A stretch of 64,000 nt of DNA, taken from an uncultured delta proteobacterium (GTDB lineage: Bacteria > Desulfobacterota > Binatia > UBA9968). Position numbers and translations under genes: made by a program. This document shows positions 59,333-64,000 of this stretch, piece after piece (within the stretch, counting starts at the first letter, position 1; every line of letters starts with the position of its first letter). Location: assembly GCA_963804165.1 (NCBI GenBank), contig CAWDPO010000017.1, positions 288,001 through 352,000 of the forward strand, given 5' to 3'. Below the pieces are notes generated by a model. That model saw only the letters and a program-made list of their open reading frames with translations, had not been told where the DNA came from and did no database searches.

Positions 59333-60463
59333 ATGTCTTTGCACACGCCTTTATGCGATCTGCTCGGCATTCAGGTGCCGATCATTCAAGCCGGCATGGG
59401 CTGGGACAAAGAAGGTTTGACGACCCCGCCGGCGTTGGTCGCCGCGGTGTCGAATGCCGGTGGCTTGGGTTGCATCGGCGGCAGCTCGATACGACCCGAA
59501 GTCATCCGCGAACGTATCCGCGCGGTTCGGCAGCTGACGGACAAGCCCTTCGGCGTCGATATCACGTTGCCGAAAATGGAAGATGTGAGAATTCCCGACC
59601 CAGACGAAGTGCACAAAGAGATCCAGGAAAAATTTCCCAAGCACGCCAAGTTCAACGATGAGTTGATTCCTAAACTCGGCTTAACGCCGCAGCCGCCGGA
59701 CCGAAAGAGCTGGGTCAAGACGCCGGCAGCAACACGCGAGCAGCTCAGAGTGATTCTCGAAGAGAACGTGCCGATCTTAATCATCGGTCTGGGCGATACC
59801 GCCGAAGTCGTTCCCCTAGCGCATGAGCGCGGCATCAAAGTCATGGCGCTTGCCGGCGCGGTCAAGCATGCGCTCAGTCATGCGCGCAAAGGCGCCGATG
59901 TAATTATCGCCCAGGGCTATGAGGCGGGCGGCCACACCGGAACCATCGGCAACTTTCCCTTGATTCCGCAGATCGTCGACGCTGTGAGACCGAAGCCCGT
60001 GGTCGCCGCCGGTGGCATTTCCGATGGCCGTGGCGTGGCGGCGGCACTGGCCTTAGGTGCCGTCGGTGTCTGGTGCGGTACGACATTCCTGGTGACGCGA
60101 GAAGGCGGTATCAATCCGATTTATAAAAAGCAGATTCTCAATGGCAGCTCGGAAGACTTTGTTCGTACGGCCTACACCAGTGGCCATTTCGCGCGCCACT
60201 ATCGCAGCGATGTCATCAAGGCCTGGATGAGCTCAGGGCTTGAGGCGATGCCGACGCCCTACCAGGGTAACGCGATGGACGAAGTGCGGCGCGCGGCCGA
60301 AGCGGCGGATCGTGTCGATCTTTTGCACGTCCCTGGCGGACAGGTTGCTGGAATGTTGAGCGAAGAGCGGAACAACGTCCCCGCCAGGGAGATCGTCGAA
60401 CGCATGGTTACAGAGGCGGCGCAGATCTTGAACGATATGCGCAGCCGATACGTGGGAGCGTAA
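59333..60463 (+). CDS. Nitronate monooxygenase / FabK-like flavoprotein
   Basis: PIIQAGM, AAVSNAGGLG, QGYEAGGH and VAAGGI.DGRG motifs. Confidence 0.9.
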   Translation: MSLHTPLCDLLGIQVPIIQAGMGWDKEGLTTPPALVAAVSNAGGLGCIGGSSIRPEVIRERIRAVRQLTDKPFGVDITLPKMEDVRIPDPDEVHKEIQEKFPKHAKFNDELIPKLGLTPQPPDRKSWVKTPAATREQLRVILEENVPILIIGLGDTAEVVPLAHERGIKVMALAGAVKHALSHARKGADVIIAQGYEAGGHTGTIGNFPLIPQIVDAVRPKPVVAAGGISDGRGVAAALALGAVGVWCGTTFLVTREGGINPIYKKQILNGSSEDFVRTAYTSGHFARHYRSDVIKAWMSSGLEAMPTPYQGNAMDEVRRAAEAADRVDLLHVPGGQVAGMLSEERNNVPAREIVERMVTEAAQILNDMRSRYVGA

Positions 60464-60534
60464 GGGACGCAGTCGCACTAGGAAATTCCCCCTTTGCCAA
60501 GCAGGCTTTATCGCAATGGGAGAAAATCCCATGG

Positions 60535-60617
60535 TGTCATGCTGAGCGGCGCGAAGCATCTCGCATTTTCAGCTACCGACGAAGACGAGATCCTTCGGCG
60601 ATCGCCTCAGGAAGACA
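60535..60617. repeat. REP-like element, TGTCAT.CTGAG family
   Basis: tgtcatgctgagc..cgaagcatctc ... gagatccttcg..ctcaggaagaca. Confidence 0.7.
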
Positions 60618-60738
60618 TTTTGACGAAATTTCCAAATCGGGACTATCCCGCCAGTGCAAAGAATTAACCCTCGTTGAAAAGATGGGCGAGGGGAGATTTT
60701 CGACGAGAATCATCAACGATGGATTATAAGGAAGAACT

Positions 60739-63118
60739 ATGAGCGAGCCATTTCTCAAAGGATATCGAGCACTGGATCTCACCGGTTTGAGCGGCCAATT
60801 GTGCGGCCGCATTCTCGCCGACTTGGGTATGGAAGTGATCAAGATCGAACCGCCGGGCGGCGATCCGGTGCGCAACTTGGCGCCGTTCATTACTTCTGCA
60901 AATGGCGCCAAACTCAGCACGACGTTCGCGCATCTGAATGCCGGCAAAGCCAGCAAAGTTTTAGATCTCGATAAGGAAGCTGATCGCGCGACATTGCGCA
61001 AACTCGTTGAAACTGCCGATGTCGTGCTGGAAAGTTTTCAACCGGGTGAGTTGGCGGCGAAGGGCCTCGATTACAGCAACTTGGCGCAGATTAATCCCGG
61101 CATCGTCATGGCGTCGATCACGGGCTTCGGTCAGACGGGTCCGAAGAAAAATTTGGCGTGCAATGATCTCGTCGCGCTGGCGGAGAGCGGGTTTCTTTAC
61201 ATCTCCGGCGATCCGTCGCTGCCGCCGGTGCGGCCGCCGGAAACTCAGGCGTATTATTTTGGCAGTCTGTTCGCCACGGCCGGCGTGCTCGCCGCGCTTT
61301 ACCGGCGCGAGCGCACCGGGCAGGGCGATCACGTCGACGCGTCGATGCAGGAAGCGCTGGCGACGCAGGAGCATATCATTCGTCTCTGGGCCAACGAGCA
61401 ACAGATCGCCAAGCGCGCCGGCAGCCAGCACGGTTCAGTGGCGCCGGCGAAAATTTTTCCCTGCAAGGACGGGTACGTTTATCTTTACGTGACGCGCCAG
61501 CATTGGAAGTTATTCTTATCCGTTTGGAAGGATCATCCCGCCACGTTCGACACGCCGGATTGGCTCAACAATCTTTATCGCCGCGCTCACGCGGACGAGC
61601 TCAATCCCGCGGTGGAGGCTTTTCTCGGCAAATTTACCAGGGCCGAGATCACCGAGTTCCTGCAGACGAAGGGTATTCCCTGCGTGCCGGTGAACACGCC
61701 GATGGGGTTTGCCAATGACGAGCAAGTGCAAAGCCGCGGCTTCATGGCGCCCGTGGAGCATGCCGGTTTCGGCAGCACCAAACAGCCGGCGATGCCGTTC
61801 GTGATCGACGGCGCTCGGCCCGCCGTTGGGAGCGTGCCGGTGCTGGATAGTTGGCGCGACAGCGGCGAGAAGCGCAACGCGCCGCGCGAAATCGAATTCA
61901 GGCGCAAACAGCGGCACGGCTCCGCTCAACGGCATGCGCATCGTCAGCTTCGATCACGTGCTTGCCGGGCCTTACGGCACGACGATCTTGGCCGAGCTCG
62001 GCGCCGATGTGATCAAAGTCGAATCGAGCAAGGGCGGCATGGATCCGTTTCGCTTTTTCGGCACCGGCGAAGATCCCAATCTTTCGCCGCGCTTTCTCGA
62101 GTTCAACCGTAACAAGCGCTCTTTTACAGTCAACCTCAAACATCCCAAGGGACAAGGAGTGCTGCACGACTTGGTCGCTAAATCCGACGCCGTGTTGGAC
62201 AACTACAGCGTCGATGTCGTGGAGCGGATTGGCTTGGCTTATGATCAGCTATGCCGAGTGAAGCCGGACATCGTCAACCTGCGTATGCCCGGTCTCGGCA
62301 CCACCGGACCCAAACGCCACTTCTCGACCGTCGGCGTGAATATCACCTCGTTCACCGGGCTCACTTACATGTGGAATCATCCGGGCGTAACCAACCCGCC
62401 GATCGGTTCGCAGACGGTGTTTCCGGATTATGTCTCCGGCGTATTGTGCGCGATCATTATTATTTCCGGCGTGCTGCATCGCGACCGGCAGAAAAAGGGC
62501 GCGTTCATCGATCTGGCGCAATCTGAAGCGACGGCGTTCATGATCGGCGCAAATCTCATGGAAGCGGCGTCGAGCGGAATAAATCCCGAGCCGATCGGCA
62601 ATGTTTCGGTGTCCGTGGCGCCGCATGGTTGTTATCCATGCAAAGGTGAGGACCGCTGGTGCGTGATTGCCGCGGAGAACGAACAGCAATGGGCGGCGTT
62701 GGCAAAAATCTTGGGCACCGGCGTGGCGGGAAATCCACGCTTCACGACCAATGCGGAGCGGCTGCAAAATCGCGACGCTTTGGACAGCATTATCGAGCAA
62801 TGGACGAAGAACAAAGACGCCTTCGCGATGCGCGAGCAACTGCAAGAAGCCGGTATCCCTTGCGGCGTCGTGCAGACCGGCGAAGATTTAGTCAACGATC
62901 CGCAATTGCAAGCACGCGGCTTCATCGTCGCCGTCGACAATGCGCGACTGGGCAAAGTGGTGTTGCCGAATTTTCCTCTGCAATTTACCAACGCCAAACT
63001 GACTCGGCGATGGGAATTCCCGGTGCTCGGGAGAGATACCGAAACGGTATTGCACGACGTGGTCGGCTACGACAGCGAGAGAATTGCGGCGCTCAAGCAA
63101 GAGGGTGCGTTGGAATAG
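60739..63118 (+). CDS. Family III (CaiB/BaiF) CoA-transferase, two fused domains, frameshift near 61890
   Basis: Two LA.LG..VIK.E and N..K.S repeats; ORFs 60739-62112 and 61826-63118 overlap at the linker with no start for domain 2. Confidence 0.85.
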
Positions 63119-63150
63119 GTTTGAGACAACGAGTTCGGCCGATTAAGGCC

Positions 63151-63217
63151 GAGATTCTTCGGCTCCGTCTCAGAATGAAATTCATGGGTTGTCATCCTGA
63201 ACGAAGTGAAGGATCTC
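63151..63217. repeat. REP-like element, TGTCATCCTGA family
   Basis: gagattcttc...ctcagaatga / tgtcatcctgaacgaagtgaaggatctc. Confidence 0.7.
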
Positions 63218-63255
63218 GCTTTCGCGGAATTGTCCGAAATAGTAAGGAAACGGTG

Positions 63256-64000
63256 ATGCGGTCACTACTGTTGGCTCTGATATCGGTTTGTTTCGTCGCC
63301 TCATTTGTATCCGCGCAGACCAAGTCGGTCGCCGATCTCGCCAACTATCGCGGCGCGGACCGAGAAGAGGTGCTCAAGGCGGGGGCGAAAAGAGAAAGCA
63401 AGATGGTGTGGTACACGAGCCTCACGGCGCACCGCGACATCGCCAATGTCTTCGAGGCGAAATATTCGGGCATCAAAGTTGAAACCTATCGCGCCGGGCC
63501 CAACGATTTAACGCGTCGCCTAATCACCGAAGCTCAGTCCAAGCGTAACATCGCCGACTTGATCGAGACCACGCCGGCGACGCTGATGATGATGCGCGAG
63601 AACAAGCTGTTGTCGCCGTATTTTTCGCCTCATTTGGCGCAGTTCCCCGACGATGCGAAAGAGGAAGCCGACAGAGGGCGAGTGTTCTGGACGACAGACC
63701 GCGAATCGATCGTCGGCTTGGGTTACAACCGAAATTTGATCCGCGCCGCCGACGTGCCGAAAAATTTTACCGAGTTAGCCAAGCCGGAATACAAAGGCAA
63801 AGTCGCCGTCAGCGGCGACACCACGGGAGTGCGATTCATCGGTGCGATGATCAAAGCCAAAGGCGAAGAGTACATCAAGCAACTGCGCGCGCTGGACATC
63901 CAGATGCACATGATTTCCGGCGGCGCAATGCATGAGTTGATGGCGGCCGGCGAGATGCCGATGTCGATTTCAATATTCCGAAACCATGTGCTGGCAGGGA
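63256..64000 (+). CDS. Extracellular solute-binding protein (Fe3+/AfuA-like family), runs off the window
   Basis: My translation: MRSLLLALISVCFVASFVSAQ...GAKRESKMVWYTS...FEAKYSGIKVE...GYNRNLI...L.KPEYKGK; absent from the ORF track because it has no stop in the window. Confidence 0.82.
   Translation, partial: MRSLLLALISVCFVASFVSAQTKSVADLANYRGADREEVLKAGAKRESKMVWYTSLTAHRDIANVFEAKYSGIKVETYRAGPNDLTRRLITEAQSKRNIADLIETTPATLMMMRENKLLSPYFSPHLAQFPDDAKEEADRGRVFWTTDRESIVGLGYNRNLIRAADVPKNFTELAKPEYKGKVAVSGDTTGVRFIGAMIKAKGEEYIKQLRALDIQMHMISGGAMHELMAAGEMPMSISIFRNHVLAG

Noticed and set aside
61826-62112. Two separate CoA-transferase genes or programmed frameshifting
   Set aside because: No RBS/start for the second domain and no clear slippery site; fused two-domain family III enzymes are known and indels are frequent in this sequence.

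Overview
GC-rich bacterial window dominated by solute-binding proteins, amidohydrolases and acyl-CoA catabolic enzymes. The gene style suggests a Candidatus Binatia/Tectomicrobia-like metagenome-assembled genome (inference only). The centrepiece is a minus-strand tripartite tricarboxylate transporter operon in which tctB and tctA bracket a tandem array of 15 TctC/Bug-type binding-protein genes (27895-44526). It is divergent from an ~18 kb acyl-CoA degradation cluster. The most unusual signal is in the array: 9 of the 15 tctC genes build their signal peptide from an exactly 89-bp palindromic DNA element (4x GTTCAA, 29-nt variable loop, 4x TTGAAC). The arms encode the n- and c-regions and the loop encodes the hydrophobic core. 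Free-standing relatives of this element sit just after stop codons elsewhere in the window, and the leader is shuffled across tctC subfamilies. Several other short-period inverted-repeat and REP-like families are present. Many single-base frameshifts (5-12 kb and 49-62 kb) are probably sequencing or assembly errors. No rRNA, tRNA, CRISPR array, transposase or recombinase was recognised.
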